Shown: positions 26,701 to 38,930, counted from the first letter of the whole stretch. The stretch: DNA of 63,797 nt, filler included, from Lenisia limosa (GCA_001655205.1; 19 parts of 19 records of this genome joined end to end with filler, not necessarily neighbours in it); one strand, 5' to 3'. Notes: a model not told the origin generated them from the sequence alone. Made by a program: numbers and translations.

Positions 26701-27655
26701 TCCTACGTAATTTGAGCACCAAAAGTGTCTATTTGGTAGAGGTGATTCCTTGGTGACTTCGGTAAAAATTCATCAAGGTACTACAATTAATAAGTGGAAC
26801 AACCAAAAGAAATCACCAAGATAGAAAATTCTGTTCTTCAGCAAAGACCACCTTTTCCAAACCTGTTGGGCAAGTCTGTAGTTCAGAGCAGCAATATCAA
26901 TTGGAACAAGACCATCATCATTTTGAACCACAGTGGGGCTCCCAATAACAAGACGATCACTCATCTCTGGAAGTCTTTTAACTTCAGGGATACGAGCTCC
27001 TAAAACTGTAAGTTTGAGGAGGTCAGAGCAGCCACATTTAATGAGAGGCGCGCAAACCTGAATTCTCAAATTCGGCTTCTTGGAGAATATGTGGGAGGAA
27101 ATAGGCTTCTCCGAAAACGAAAGTAGCATCTAGAATAAGGAGAAATAGGTGACCAGTCAAAAAGGGGAGTTCGTAAGAACCAATAAAATCCCACCATCAT
27201 GAACTTGAAGAGATGATAGTGCAGAGTTTAAAATATTACGAGCTGCAACCACAGCTCTCTAAAAGTTTAGGATTTTTTTAAAAAAATCTCCAATTCTTTA
27301 ATTTTGCCATTCCCACATTTGGTGGCGCTTTCCAAGCAACATCAATGTGCGAATGCGGCAACACATGGACCTGAAGTGGTAACCAAAAAAGGTCTGTAGA
27401 CAAATAACTCATATCACAATGCAGTTAGATGCGAATTTCCCATACTTTAATCTTATACGGCTGATCCCAACATGGTGGAAGGGCTGTGATAAGACAGAGG
27501 ACCGAGAGTAGTATCACAAAGGGAGGGAACATGACAGATGATACATGCAGTGGCAGTCGTCAAGGGGTGAGGGGTGGGGCACCTTGGTGCAGCCTTGGAG
27601 CCTTGGTGACACCGGCAGGAGATGAAGCTCTCTAGTTTGCTGGGCTTGCGAGTTC
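23780..27655 (-). CDS. Unidentified gene(s) with ~20+ exons and 30-80 nt introns; possibly partly degraded
   Basis: Phase-compatible runs such as DATFVFGEAYFLPHILQEAEFENS / GARIPEVKRLPEMSDRLV...NYRLAQQ / YLDEFLPKSPRNHLYQIDTFGAQI, and LDSFAHQQGGSNVPLFIGDDMSFQS / SGQLLRTLRNLEFLMVLSYDP. Some junctions give stops in my hand splicing. Confidence 0.55.
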
Positions 27656-28295
27656 TGCGTTTTAAAAGGGGCTAGGAAGGNNNNNNNNNNNNNNNNNNNN
27701 NNNNNNNNNNNNNNNNNNNNNNNNTTAATTAATTAANNNNNNNNNNNNNNNNNNNNNNNNNNNNNNNNNNNNNNNNNNNNCAGTCCAAGACACTTCGATA
27801 TCCGAAGTATCCTCACTGCGCCGCCGCACCGCTTCAACGCGCAAACTGTGCGCGCTCTCGTCCACCATCATCACCACTCCTGGAAAATAAAATTTGGTGT
27901 GTGTTTGTGTGTTTTTTAGAGAACAAGAATATTGTGAAAGTGAAATCTGGGGTATGAAAGAGCACAATACAAGAAAAAGAATGAAATTGAAAGAAGCATT
28001 TTTCGCTGTACTTAAAAAAACATATTCAGCTTTTCGGACCAAATTGAAGACCAATTTAAGGCTTGCGTCTTGCTTTTTTTTTTTTTTTNNNNNNNNNNNN
28101 NNNNNNNNNNNNNNNNNNNNNNNNNNNNNNNNNNNNNNNNNNNNNNNNNNNNNNNNNNNNNNNNNNNNNNNNNNNNNNNNNNNNNNNNNNNNNNNNNNNN
28201 NNNNNNNNNNNNNNNNNNNNNNNNNNNNNNNNNNNNNNNNNNNNNNNNNNNNNNNNNNNNNNNNNNNNNNNNNNNNNNNNNNNNNNNNNNNNNNN

Positions 28296-28900
28296 CTTTT
28301 AGAAAGAATCGGCAGTATAACTCTCAGTATAAAGCCACCATTTATGCCGATGTTCTTTTGATCAAACCCTACCTGATGTTGTTGAATCAATTGAATTTGT
28401 TTACATTATTTTTTACTGAGAGGTTATGGCTTTACAATTCGTGGGCACTCATTGGCAACAAAACGGTAACCTTTCCTCCTGAGCTTGCAAGTTTTGAAGT
28501 TTTGAATTTTCTTCAGACGACCAATGCCCAAGCATCCCAGTCGTTCATGAACGAACCGTCTCAAAACCTGTCGTTCATAGTAGTGCAGGACGCTAATGAA
28601 ATCAAGAAACTGCCATGCCTCCCCGTACTTAGTCTTTGCTGGTGGCAAGTATGAGCTGATGAGGTTGGTCTGTATTTCTCCTCTAAACATACAGTGCTAT
28701 CTATCATTGTGGACCAAACGTATTGTCCGGGCATTATATTGCCATTTTTCAACGCAAGGCTCAAGTGCCAAATAACCATGTGGTCAACATTGTTAAATGG
28801 GCTGATATCTTGTTTTTTGCTTTGTTTGGAAGCGGGAATCCAGTGCATCCGCGCGCACTCAATCTTAGAATTTCGGACTAAAAAAGCTGAAGGAGATAAT
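28296..28900 (+). CDS. Ubiquitin-specific protease (peptidase C19) His-box-containing gene fragment
   Basis: Splicing 28633-28663 to 28695 onward (31-nt intron) gives GKYELMSAIYHCGPNVLSGHYIAIF, matching the USP YxLxxVxxHxG...GHY box. TVTFPPEL upstream resembles the V-x-FP motif. No Cys box is visible (N gap upstream). Confidence 0.7.
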
Positions 28901-29063
28901 AATAATAAAAAACTTAGATTGAATTGGGGCATTTTAGAAAGTTAGTATCAATCAATTAAACAATAACAATAAACAAATAATTCATTTTTAATGAAAGGTA
29001 CAAAAGCGAAAAAAACAAATAAGAGAGTTAACAAGGACTGAAGAAGAATTATTAAAAGCTATA

Positions 29064-29127
29064 TGTAATGGGTCAAAATGCGGATCAGTGGACAAAATGC
29101 GGATCAGTGGACAAAATGCGGATCACT
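29064..29127 (+). repeat. Possible transposon end (TGTAATGGGTC) with 19-bp subterminal tandem repeat x3
   Basis: AAAATGCGGATCAGTGGAC x~3. The same end (TGTGATGGGTCAAAATGCGGATCAC) recurs at ~29627 in the same orientation. Confidence 0.5.
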
Positions 29128-29797
29128 NNNNNNNNNNGTTCCCCAAAAAAAAGCCCCAGGTTCTATTGTCAGTGTTTTCAACTTGACACACTGAAAACAA
29201 CAAAAAGGTGACCCGCAGAAATATCACTTTTATGTTCTTAAGTTTCCGGTTCATTTTCCAGTGAGATAGATTTCCGGTGATTTCCGGTGGTCACTTGATC
29301 TCACCGATTGGTGAAACTCGCTGTAATTTCGCCGGAAGTAGGATGAATTTTAAATTAACTTTTTGTATTCCACCGGAAGTATGAAATCGGTGGGTATTAA
29401 TCTACTAGTGAAACAAATTACTACACAATTTTTTTTTTGGGGGGGGGGTAAAATTAGAAAATTTATAAAACAAAGAAGCCGGGTGAGTGAAACGAAGGAA
29501 ATTTCGATGAATAATAATGGCGTAAAGGTGCCAATCACGAACCAAATAATCTGAAACTCCAAACAAAAAAAAAACAAGCAATAACCAACACTATATGGGT
29601 AAGAGCATACAACATACATATATCATATGTGATGGGTCAAAATGCGGATCACTTTTTTTAGCGGTCACAAAATTGGAGATAACCTTCCAATAATGTTNNN
29701 NNNNNNNNNNNNNNNNNNNNNNNNNNNNNNNNNNNNNNNNNTTAATTAATTAANNNNNNNNNNNNNNNNNNNNNNNNNNNNNNNNNNNNNNNNNNNN

Positions 29798-31360
29798 GTC
29801 AGCGATTTCTCCGGTTCCCTTCATGCTGATGCTGATCTTCTGCGGCTTTCTCATTCCCAAGGTGGGCCAAACACCACAGTAATGCTGGCATTATATTCCT
29901 TTTCATCTCCATTGGCCCCACCCCCTTGCTTTTCATCTCCTTTGACCCCCCAGGCTTCCCTCCCGGATTACTATTTACCGTTGTACTGGATCACGCCTTT
30001 CAGAGCCATTTTCGACGGTTTGTTTGCCTTGAAATATGCAGCAAGATATATCTCGCAACGATTGACCAGCAAGATATCTTCTCATTATGGATAGTGTTGT
30101 TGCATGGGTCTGATACATCTTCATTCCCCATAATTTTCACACTTTTATAATTAACCGTATAATCGCTATCATTTTGCAATTTTGGTGAGCATGTCCATAT
30201 TGCACCAAGGATACTATCGGTCTTGAGCTTACAGTCAAGGTATTGCCATGTGCCAGTTGAGGGATGTTGCATACCATTGTGACGATAGTGAGCTTCTCCC
30301 TCCCTCATCCTCTCCAAATCTCAACCTGCCGTTCCCGCAGGGCTTCGAAGGTGGGTACATGGTAATCATAGACATTTAGAGTGGAATTTAGAAATCCTAG
30401 CTTGAGGGAATGGAATATCTTGCATCATATGTAGGGCTACCCTTCGTCCCAAAAAAGACGAATTTCTCTATATATCCCCGAAAAATGCCAAAACTGGATG
30501 GATTTGTGTAACCAGTTCAAGGTGTCCAAGTGTGCGCCTACACCGTGGGTGACGACCTCATGTCTCTGTAGGGGGGAGGTATGATTGTTAACCTAGGTGG
30601 TATAGGTTCCATTCGGCTGTGTTAGGTGAAATACTACAGATTTTATATGATATGATTTGATACTCTGCTGACTATGAAGAATTCTAGGGAGTTTTGTTGT
30701 TTTTTCCTTATATTTGTCTGCAGCGCCAAGACAATGGATCATTTTTTGTTTACTTACCCAATTTTACGATTAGTACCTTTACGCCAATATTTTTCATCGA
30801 AATTTCCTTCGTTTTACTCCCCCCTAGGAGAGGCATGAACAACACAGAGTTCTTCCTGTTCTACAACATCTTCTACGTCTATGTAGTTGCCATTCTTGCT
30901 TCAACTGTCGGCTTCGTCATCATCAACAAAACTAAGTCTATGGTGGGGGGATAAAGTCATTTGCAAGACTTGACACCAATCTAAAGTGACACATATCATA
31001 CGGCCATCATCAATATAATAAAAATGACCTACAACTGTTGGTTTTCTTATAGTATTGCTTTTCAATGTACCCTGCTGTAACCGCCTAGCCCCTTTTCTCC
31101 AAGCAATCTTTCGCTGATGACGACACTGTTGAATTGGTGCAAGGTTGGGAGAGGGGGTACTTGAGACTTTTCTCTGCTTGTTTTGTTATTTGGGTCACTA
31201 CTTTTGGGCTTTTTTCAAGGTAATATATGGAGGGGGCTTTAAGGCGTTCATAATGAGAAAAGGGCTAATGAACTCAGAAAATGACTCGGGCATTAAACCT
31301 GCCAAGGGAGTTGACGTGTCGTTCTGTAACATCAAATACTCCGTCCCTGTCAAGGGCAAG
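29798..31360 (+). CDS. Full-size ABCG/PDR-type ABC transporter, internal fragment (end of TMD1 to start of NBD2)
   Basis: Exons encode SAISPVPFMLMLIFCGFLIPK, ASLPDYYLPLYWITPFRAIFDG, LPFPQGFEG, VQVCAYTVGDDLM, a further TM helix, then GVDVSFCNIKYSVPVKGK. This is the ABC2-membrane to second-NBD order of PDR transporters. Cut by artificial joins on both sides. Confidence 0.85.
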
Positions 31361-31709
31361 GTGGGTGAAATAATGCCACTGTGACTGTTATGTTAATAAT
31401 GCCACTGTGTACTGTTATGTTAATAATGCCACTGTGTACTGTTNNNNNNNNNNNNNNNNNNNNNNNNNNNNNNNNNNNNNNNNNNNNTTAATTAATTAAN
31501 NNNNNNNNNNNNNNNNNNNNNNNNNNNNNNNNNNNNNNNNNNNTGAGAACAACAAAACAAACAAAGCCCAAACTAGTCGCTTCTGCAGCATCGAATCCCA
31601 TCGGGTGAAAATGAAAAATTATGAAAAAAAAAAAGGGGGGGGATTATGCTTGTGTTCAAATCAAAGATCTTCTCAAAGTCCTTGGAATAATTGAAGGAAA
31701 ATAACACGG

Positions 31710-32279
31710 TAATTCCAGGTTCCTCCCGCTCACGGCTATCTACAAAGAACTCCTTAGAAAGAGCCTTGCCGAAAAGTTGCGACACCATAGCCAGGCTTAT
31801 CACTATCGCGGAAGGGGGCGCTTTTTGAAGGAGGGCCTCGCAGACGTCCGCTACATCTCCGGTCTGGGGGAAGAAAGGTCAAATTACCAGGTTTGCTAGC
31901 TCGGATTTTACTCAAGACGTGTAAGTAAAGCGGGGAGTGGAGAGGGGAAATTCCTGAAATAATGGTATGATATGCATGTGAGAAAACGAAACACGATGTG
32001 TGTGTGGAGGGGATAGGACTGGATTCTAAAATTCTATTAATAAAATAATAATAAAAACCAAAAAGGGAAAAAGAAAACAAAAAGAAACAAGAAAAATACA
32101 GAATAATATAATAATAATAATAATAAAACTCACAATAATAATAAAAAATAATAAAAAAATAATAAAAAAATATCGTAAAACACCCAGCCCACCAGAGCAT
32201 ATCGCGGTTCTGGCGCGAAGACCACCATTGGCAGACCCAAGCCGGAGTGGCCGGCAACACGACAGCAAACACTAGGCAT
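31710..32279 (-). CDS. 5' exons of an unidentified gene
   Basis: ATG at 32279: MPSVCCRVAGHSGLGLPMVVFAPEPRYAL|TGDVADVCEALLQKAPPSAIVISLAMVSQLFGKAL...; phase-0 junction; T-rich intron on the minus strand. Confidence 0.45.
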
Positions 32280-32334
32280 GCCCTGGCTGTAATTTTGCTG
32301 CGGAGGTAGTGTTAGAATTCCCTAAATCTATTAC

Positions 32335-32482
32335 TCGCTGGAGTGATGGGATGCGGTGCTGTAAGCGACGGGCTTTGTGCTTTGTTTTGTTTTGTTGTTG
32401 TCAACCCTCGTGCAGCCAATAGAGTTGATTTGGGGTTTTTTTTTGTTTCATAAATTTTCCAATTTTACTTCCCCCCCCCCCC
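32335..32482 (+). repeat. Non-TIR dispersed intronic repeat family D/E (ends ...TTTTCCAATTTTACT + poly-C)
   Basis: Core GAGTTGATTTTGGGCTTTTTGTTTCATAAATTTTCCAATTTTACTC(n). About 20 full or partial copies: ~311, 735, 4670, 6602, 19650, 29445, 30750, 31545, 36615, 37270, 39435, 40618, 42025, 42590, 46795, 49715, 57640, 59545 and 63720. Confidence 0.85.
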
Positions 32483-33715
32483 CACAAGATTTACGAATTT
32501 AAACGCGATTTTGGCGGCGATGGCGAAAGCGGCTGCGCGTCGAGCGTGGACGTGGTGCCCAAATTTGGCAGAATTCGACTTTTGACNNNNNNNNNNNNNN
32601 NNNNNNNNNNNNNNNNNNNNNNNNNNNNNNNNNNNNNNNNNNNNNNNNNNTTATGAAGTAAAAAAGAACAAAAAGAATCTTAAATGCAGTAGTGTGTTTA
32701 ATGATAGTTTTATTTCAATAAAAGAGGAACGTAAATAAAAAAAAACAAAAAAAAACAAAGAGTTTTTAATTGTAATATCGTAATTATGTTAAGACTGTTC
32801 AGTTCATCAGATATTTGATTCACAAAATAAAATCACAATTCCTCTTTTTGAAAATTTTTTAGTTCGAAACTGTGAAATAAAACAAAAAAAACCCACGACC
32901 CCCCCCCCTCCCACCTGGATTTCATCCTTAGAAGTCAGGTCAATGAGGCTTTGCGTTTNNNNNNNNNNNNNNNNNNNNNNNNNNNNNNNNNNNNNNNNNN
33001 NNNNNNNNNNNNNNNNNNNNNNNNNNNNNNNNNNNNNNNNNNNNNNNNNNNNNNNNNNNNNNNNNNNNNNNNNNNNNNNNNNNNNNNNNNNNNNNNNNNN
33101 NNNNNNNNNNCCCAAAATCAACTCATTTCCAAATAGTCTGTAATTTCACCCTTATCCTCAAGCATATCATTATACTATTACACATGTTATACACTCTAGA
33201 TTTTTGAAACCGAGACCCCCGAAAACGAGATACAATGTACTACATGATATACATACATTGACCGGGATAAGTCTTGGCCAATTTTCCTTGGGAAAGCATA
33301 GCAAATCGGTCNNNNNNNNNNNNNNNNNNNNNNNNNNNNNNNNNNNNNNNNNNNNTTAATTAATTAANNNNNNNNNNNNNNNNNNNNNNNNNNNNNNNNN
33401 NNNNNNNNNNNGTTCTATCTATGGCTTCACTTCGGTTCGAAAAAAGGCTGAATTTCTCGATAAATCCTCGAAAACTAGCAATACTTTACCTGCGAAGTGA
33501 AGCCGTAGTTCTGTCATACACTGACCGCGAAAAGTCCGCTTTTATTTAGTTAATCGTGTCATGGTGTGGGCGGCTTCGGCCAGACAATACTACCTCTCAT
33601 TACAACATCAATAACACTCCAGGGTATCTGCTTCGAAATTGCACAATCAATAATAAAAATGATATTACCTTTCGATTTTGATGAAAAACATGAAGCTGGA
33701 TTTTAACCTCCTCAG

Positions 33716-35569
33716 CAACCTCCCACCCAGTCCAAACCGGCATCATCTTGGGACGCCCCCGCACCCAAGCCTGCCCATGCTCCTAAGCAGGTATAATGGG
33801 ATGATAGGGGGGCTTTGTTCCGGATCTCAGAAAAGCCAGCATAGCTGTCCTCTTCACACTCAATTACATGTCACCTTACCACAGTATCACATAAAAGGAA
33901 ATTAGAATATTTGTGTGCAATAACAAGAAGAATAAAACCAGGATTCTATCTATTGATCTTCAAGAAGTTCTCAAATATTTAACCCATTTTGTGATTTTAT
34001 AGCCATTCTTTGAATACAGTCATATATCACATCTGATATGATGAGGTTTAAGAGTAATTCTACCAATAAATGGTTAGATCCTTGATAAATAGCTATAATT
34101 TAGTAATATAGCGAATTTTTATCAATCCTCTGCTGGACTATTTTGTTATAATATTGATGTTAACTCTATCAGGCACCTGTTCAGGCCAAACCGGCATCAT
34201 CTTGCGACTCCCCTGCATCCAAGCCTGCCGAAGCTCCGAAACAGGTATGCTGTGGTTTAAAGCAGATTGCGGTTGGAGAGAATTGTCACGGATATCCGAA
34301 CATTAAATTTCGGTGCCGTCATATTTTTACACTTTTTACGAGAATTTAATTGAAATTTTGGTCGTTACTTTTAATACACTGAATCTAAATCATGCAAGTT
34401 ACGCTCGTTTACGGTTCTTTTTGTCCTTCGACTGAGCCAGGTTCTTCAATCGCAACCTGTGGTCCGAAAAAAGACCGGTAAAATATAGATATTTATCGAG
34501 GTTTTATCAAAAAAATTGTCTTTTTTGGGACCGTCGGGAAGCACTGGTTATAAGAGAAGAAGAGGGACGAACCGAATTGGAGTTAAGCGATGATGGCAAT
34601 ATAATTGTACACCCTCACGTTATGAAAATTGCAACATTTTGTTCTTCGAAATGCCCCCCCCCCCCCCNNNNNNNNNNNNNNNNNNNNNNNNNNNNNNNNC
34701 TGACTATCAACAATAACATTGCCAACCTCAACAACGTCACCATCATCATCATCACCAACATTATCATACTGGTAGTGTAAATTAATATATATGGATAATC
34801 ACAATGACTCTGATATAATTTATCGTGAATTGTCTTATTTTTTTTTTTGAGGATTTATCTTAAAGATTCAAGGGTTCAAGGATTNNNNNNNNNNNNNNNN
34901 NNNNNNNNNNNNNNNNNNNNNNNNNNNNNNNNNNNNNNNNNNNNNNNNNNNNNNNNNNNNNNNNNNNNNNNNNNNNNNNNNNNNNNNNNNNNNNNNNNNN
35001 NNNNNNNNNNNNNNNNNNNNNNNNNNCTGGATAAATCCTCGATATATATCAATATTTCACCGGTCTTTTTTGGACCGTAGGGAAGCCCTAATTAGCCATA
35101 ACTCTTGCAAGTCCCTTTATTTCCGCAATCATTATGTGGAGGTCTTCTCATTTTTCTAGTCAAATGACTGGGCCACACCCCAGGCCAATGTCACCCCTGC
35201 TAAGCCTCCCATGACAGGTTAGTTAGGGGAGGGGGGTTGCAAAATGGAATATTTTTGAGAACTACAGCATGTTTGGGAGGCACGTAGAAAGCTGTGAACA
35301 CAGAGTTTTAAGGCAAATGATTGGGTGAATTTTTTTTATTATTATTATCCAATTCCCTTTTGAGAGTGATTTTGAAGATGGCACTTCGGTCAGAATATTT
35401 AAATATTATCACAAAACATAATTGGATTCTTCAAAATATACCTTTTCATTACTTTTTTAATTTTTCTTTTTTTTGTTTTTAAGAGAAAATATCTTTGATA
35501 TTATTATTATTTTGTTTTTTGATCGTTTTAGCCGCAAAGCCAGCTGCTGATAACTGGTCTACCCCCCAG
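33716..35569 (+). CDS. Pro/Ala/Lys-rich low-complexity protein fragment built from repeated mini-exons with W-x-x-P motifs
   Basis: Exons 33716-33790 (QPPTQSKPASSWDAPAPKPAHAPKQ), 34173-34244 (APVQAKPASSCDSPASKPAEAPKQ), 35160-35217 (SNDWATPQ...) and 35532-35569 (AAKPAADNWSTPQ), all with AG/GT borders. Confidence 0.65.
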
Positions 35570-35757
35570 GTTTGAGAGAGTTAATGATTTATGCTTCTTT
35601 TCTTATGTTTCATTTCCCCCTTTAATTTTTTATAATTTCTCTCTTCTTTTCTCTCTTNNNNNNNNNNNNNNNNNNNNNNNNNNNNNNNNNNNNNNNNNNN
35701 NTTAATTAATTAANNNNNNNNNNNNNNNNNNNNNNNNNNNNNNNNNNNNNNNNNNNN

Positions 35758-37221
35758 AGCATCAGAGTCTTTCCAAATGCCTCCGATGAATATGGTGATA
35801 TAATGCATTATATCATATATATGCTCTTCTTATTCTTATAAACCACCCATAAATCCCTTTGAAAGAGGCAATAATTGGCACTTTTTGGAGTAAATTACAT
35901 TCAATTAGGGTGAAAGAGTTTTCGCATTCCACTCCATTATTCCACTTTGTTTCATTTCNNNNNNNNNNNNNNNNNNNNNNNNNNNNNNNNNNNNNNNNNN
36001 NNNNNNNNNNNNNNNNNNNNNNNNNNNNNNNNNNNNNNNNNNNNNNNNNNNNNNNNNNNNNNNNNNNNNNNNNNNNNNNNNNNNNNNNNNNNNNNNNNNN
36101 NNNNNNNNNNNNNNNNNNTATTTAGCTTACTCATTTGACTTACTCATTGACTTACTCATTTGACTTACCCGTTTGACCGTTTTAGAGGCAAAGCCGCAGT
36201 TCCGTGACGGCGGGGCTGAAGAGCTCTCAGGTCCGCGGATTGGGGGGCTTTCTTTATCATTTGATACAGCAATGCGATAATATATCAAACCATATCATTC
36301 GTTTTCTTCTCATCTCTATAATTATATCGATGAGTTATCATGAATAAATGGACGGTTACATGTATTGTAATTGCTACGTATTACCATTATCCTTATAACC
36401 CCTCGTAGATGACGAGGAGGAGTTTGAAGAGGATGGAGATAGTGAGCTAACCATGTGGACCCTCAGGAAATCGGGTTTGCTGGGTTGCTTTCTTGTTGAC
36501 CCCCCCCCCCCCCCNNNNNNNNNNNNNNNNNNNNNNNNNNNNNNNNNNNNNNNNNNNNNNNNNNNNNNNNNNNNNNNNNNNNNNNNNNNNNNNNNNNNNN
36601 NNNNNNNNNNNNNGAGTTGACCTTGGGCTTCTTTTTATTGAATAAATTTTTCAATTTACCCTCCCCCCTCCCCCTCAGCTGGAGCGAGTTTGGACTTCTA
36701 TAGTGAAACATTCCCTGCAATTGTGCTGCCAGTTCTTCTGGGACTCCTTGACGCTAAGCTCCAGAGCCAGGACTGGCTCGAGAGGGAAAGGTGCTAGGGT
36801 TGAGAGTAGGGCTTCACTTCGGTTCGAAAATGAACACTGAAATATCGATAGTTTTCGAGGATTTATCGAGAAATTCCGTCTTTTTTCAAATCGAAGTGAA
36901 GCTCTTGTTGGGAGGGCAAGGTGTGAGGGTTGGGAGGAAACACATATTCACTTATTTTCTCGCCAAGCCATGTAGTGGCACGTGTTATTGATGCGGTAAT
37001 TTAGTATCTCTTTTAACATAGTAGTACCCTTTCTCCCAATTGACTGTATAATCCATAATCGCCCCTTTTCTCTCTTCTCATCTCTCCATATTCCCACATT
37101 CTCCTAACCCTCTAGTGGTATCTTGGCTCTTGGCGCTATGGCGCAGGGCTGTCGCGAGGGTCTCACACCCTACCTCAACGGTCTTATCAAATACCTGTTC
37201 CAACTGCTCGATGACCCCCAG
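35758..37221 (+). CDS. TNPO1: Transportin-1 / importin beta-2, internal fragment (acidic loop and following HEAT repeats)
   Basis: Phase-consistent exons (...35794, 36186-36230, 36409-36474, 36679-36790, 37116-37221) give DEEEFEEDGDSELTMWTLRKSAGASLD...QDWLERESGILALGAMAQGCREGLTPYLNGLIKYL, matching the WNLRKCSAAALD...ESGILVLGAIAEGC signature. Confidence 0.9.
36809..36904. mobile_element. MITE family A copy in a transportin intron
   Basis: TA|GGGCTTCACTTCGGTTCG...ATCGAAGTGAAGCTC. Confidence 0.85.
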
Positions 37222-37740
37222 GTGAGGGGTGTCTCATGAATTCTGGATTTTCACCACTTTGTTTAACAGGTCTCCCCATTTTTTTTTTGTTTCATACCTT
37301 TTCCAATTATATTAGTACCTTTACGCCAATATTCTTCATCTAAATTTTCGTTTGGCCAAGAGAGTTGATTTTGGGCTTTTTTATTATTATTATTATTTCA
37401 TACCTTTTCCAATTTTNNNNNNNNNNNNNNNNNNNNNNNNNNNNNNNNNNNNNNNNNNNNTTAATTAATTAANNNNNNNNNNNNNNNNNNNNNNNNNNNN
37501 NNNNNNNNNNNNNNNNGGGGGGACTAATGGTCACAGATCATCATTTAATTACTGTACCAAAAAGTCTAAATTTCCTGATACATTCTCGAGAAAATCGAGA
37601 TTTTGACGGTCTTTTTCGGACCGTCGTTAAGCCCTAATTATAATATATTGAATATCATATGGAGTGTAACACAACAAAACAGAATCAATTATGGCACAAA
37701 CAAGAGAGCAAATAATCTCTTGATTACACTAACACAACAG

Positions 37741-38930
37741 AACGGAAGAGGTGGACGCTTCATTGGACGAGTAGCCTCGGCAGCCCTAATCAGTGGTGCC
37801 GTATGTACCCTCGTCACGAACCCGATATGGCTCGCTAGGGTGCGACTGCAGACACAGAACTTCGCGGGGTCTCCTCTGAAAATGGCCTCCCCCTACACGG
37901 GGATGTCTAACGTCATCTTTCGTGTTGCTAAGGTTCGGGAGGGGGCAGAAATATATTGGATGTTAAAGTGGGTGACCATGGCGATGATAATCCCGAGTAA
38001 AAGGGGATGCTGGTGAGGCACACAGCCTTCTGCGTGCCTCCCCAGCATACTAGTTTTGAAAAGGAGATATATTGCCTATATCCTTACTGTTTCAGGAGGA
38101 AGGAATTTTGTCTCTTTGGAATGGAACGCTTGTTTCTCTACTTGGTTGGGGGGGAGGGGGTGCGACGTTGGCAGATTTTTGTTTCCCAGCAACAGTCACA
38201 AATAGTAACATTATTATTCAGGCTTGACCCACGTGGTGATCTATTTTCCAATCTACGAATCTCTGAAGTCCTTAGCCCACTACGCACAGAAGAAGAAAGG
38301 TTTCTGGGCTCATGCACGAGGCACTATTATTCCCTACGGTCCGAAAAAGACAGTTTATACTATATCGATATTTATCAAGGATTTATCGAGATATTCGGTC
38401 TTTTTTGGGACTGTGGGAAGCCCTATTCACTGTTGGTGTCCCATGACGTAATCATATCAATGACCATAATTGACCGTTTCAGATAATCAAGCTCTTGGCC
38501 CGGTGACTTTGGCGGGCGTTTCGTCGAGTGCCAAGATCCTGGCAAGCCTGGTGACATACCCCCATGAAGTCGTGCGGTCAAGGTTCCAGAGTGAGCCAGT
38601 TTTACAAACTTTTTCCCAATCTTAAAAAAATTGTCTCTGAGGTCACGCCCGTTTAACTCCTTTAGTTCAAGTGGGGTCTCAGCAGTCCATATTATCGTCG
38701 ATCTCAGAGTGAGCGAAAAGTGGTGGTAACGTATCATACTATTTTGAACAAACCAGACGCGATGCTTTCTTTTTGTTTGTTTTTCACTCTTTAGGGTTCT
38801 ACGACTTGAAGGTCCCCGAGGGTTCTACAGGGGTCTCGCAGCCAATTTGATCAAAAGTGTTCCCGCCGCCGTGATTACGTTTGTCACGTTTGAGACCTTT
38901 GTTGCATGGGCCCAAAAGAAAAACAGGTGA
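37741..38930 (+). CDS. Mitochondrial carrier (SLC25), NAD+/folate/pyrimidine-nucleotide subgroup (NDT1/SLC25A32/33/36-like); 5' truncated
   Basis: TNPIWLARVRLQ, EEGILSLWNG, HVVIYFPIYESLK, TYPHEVVRSRFQ, EGPRGFYRGLAANLIKSVPAAVITFVTFE, with a stop at 38930. Px[DE]xx[KR]xR carrier motifs are present. Confidence 0.88.
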
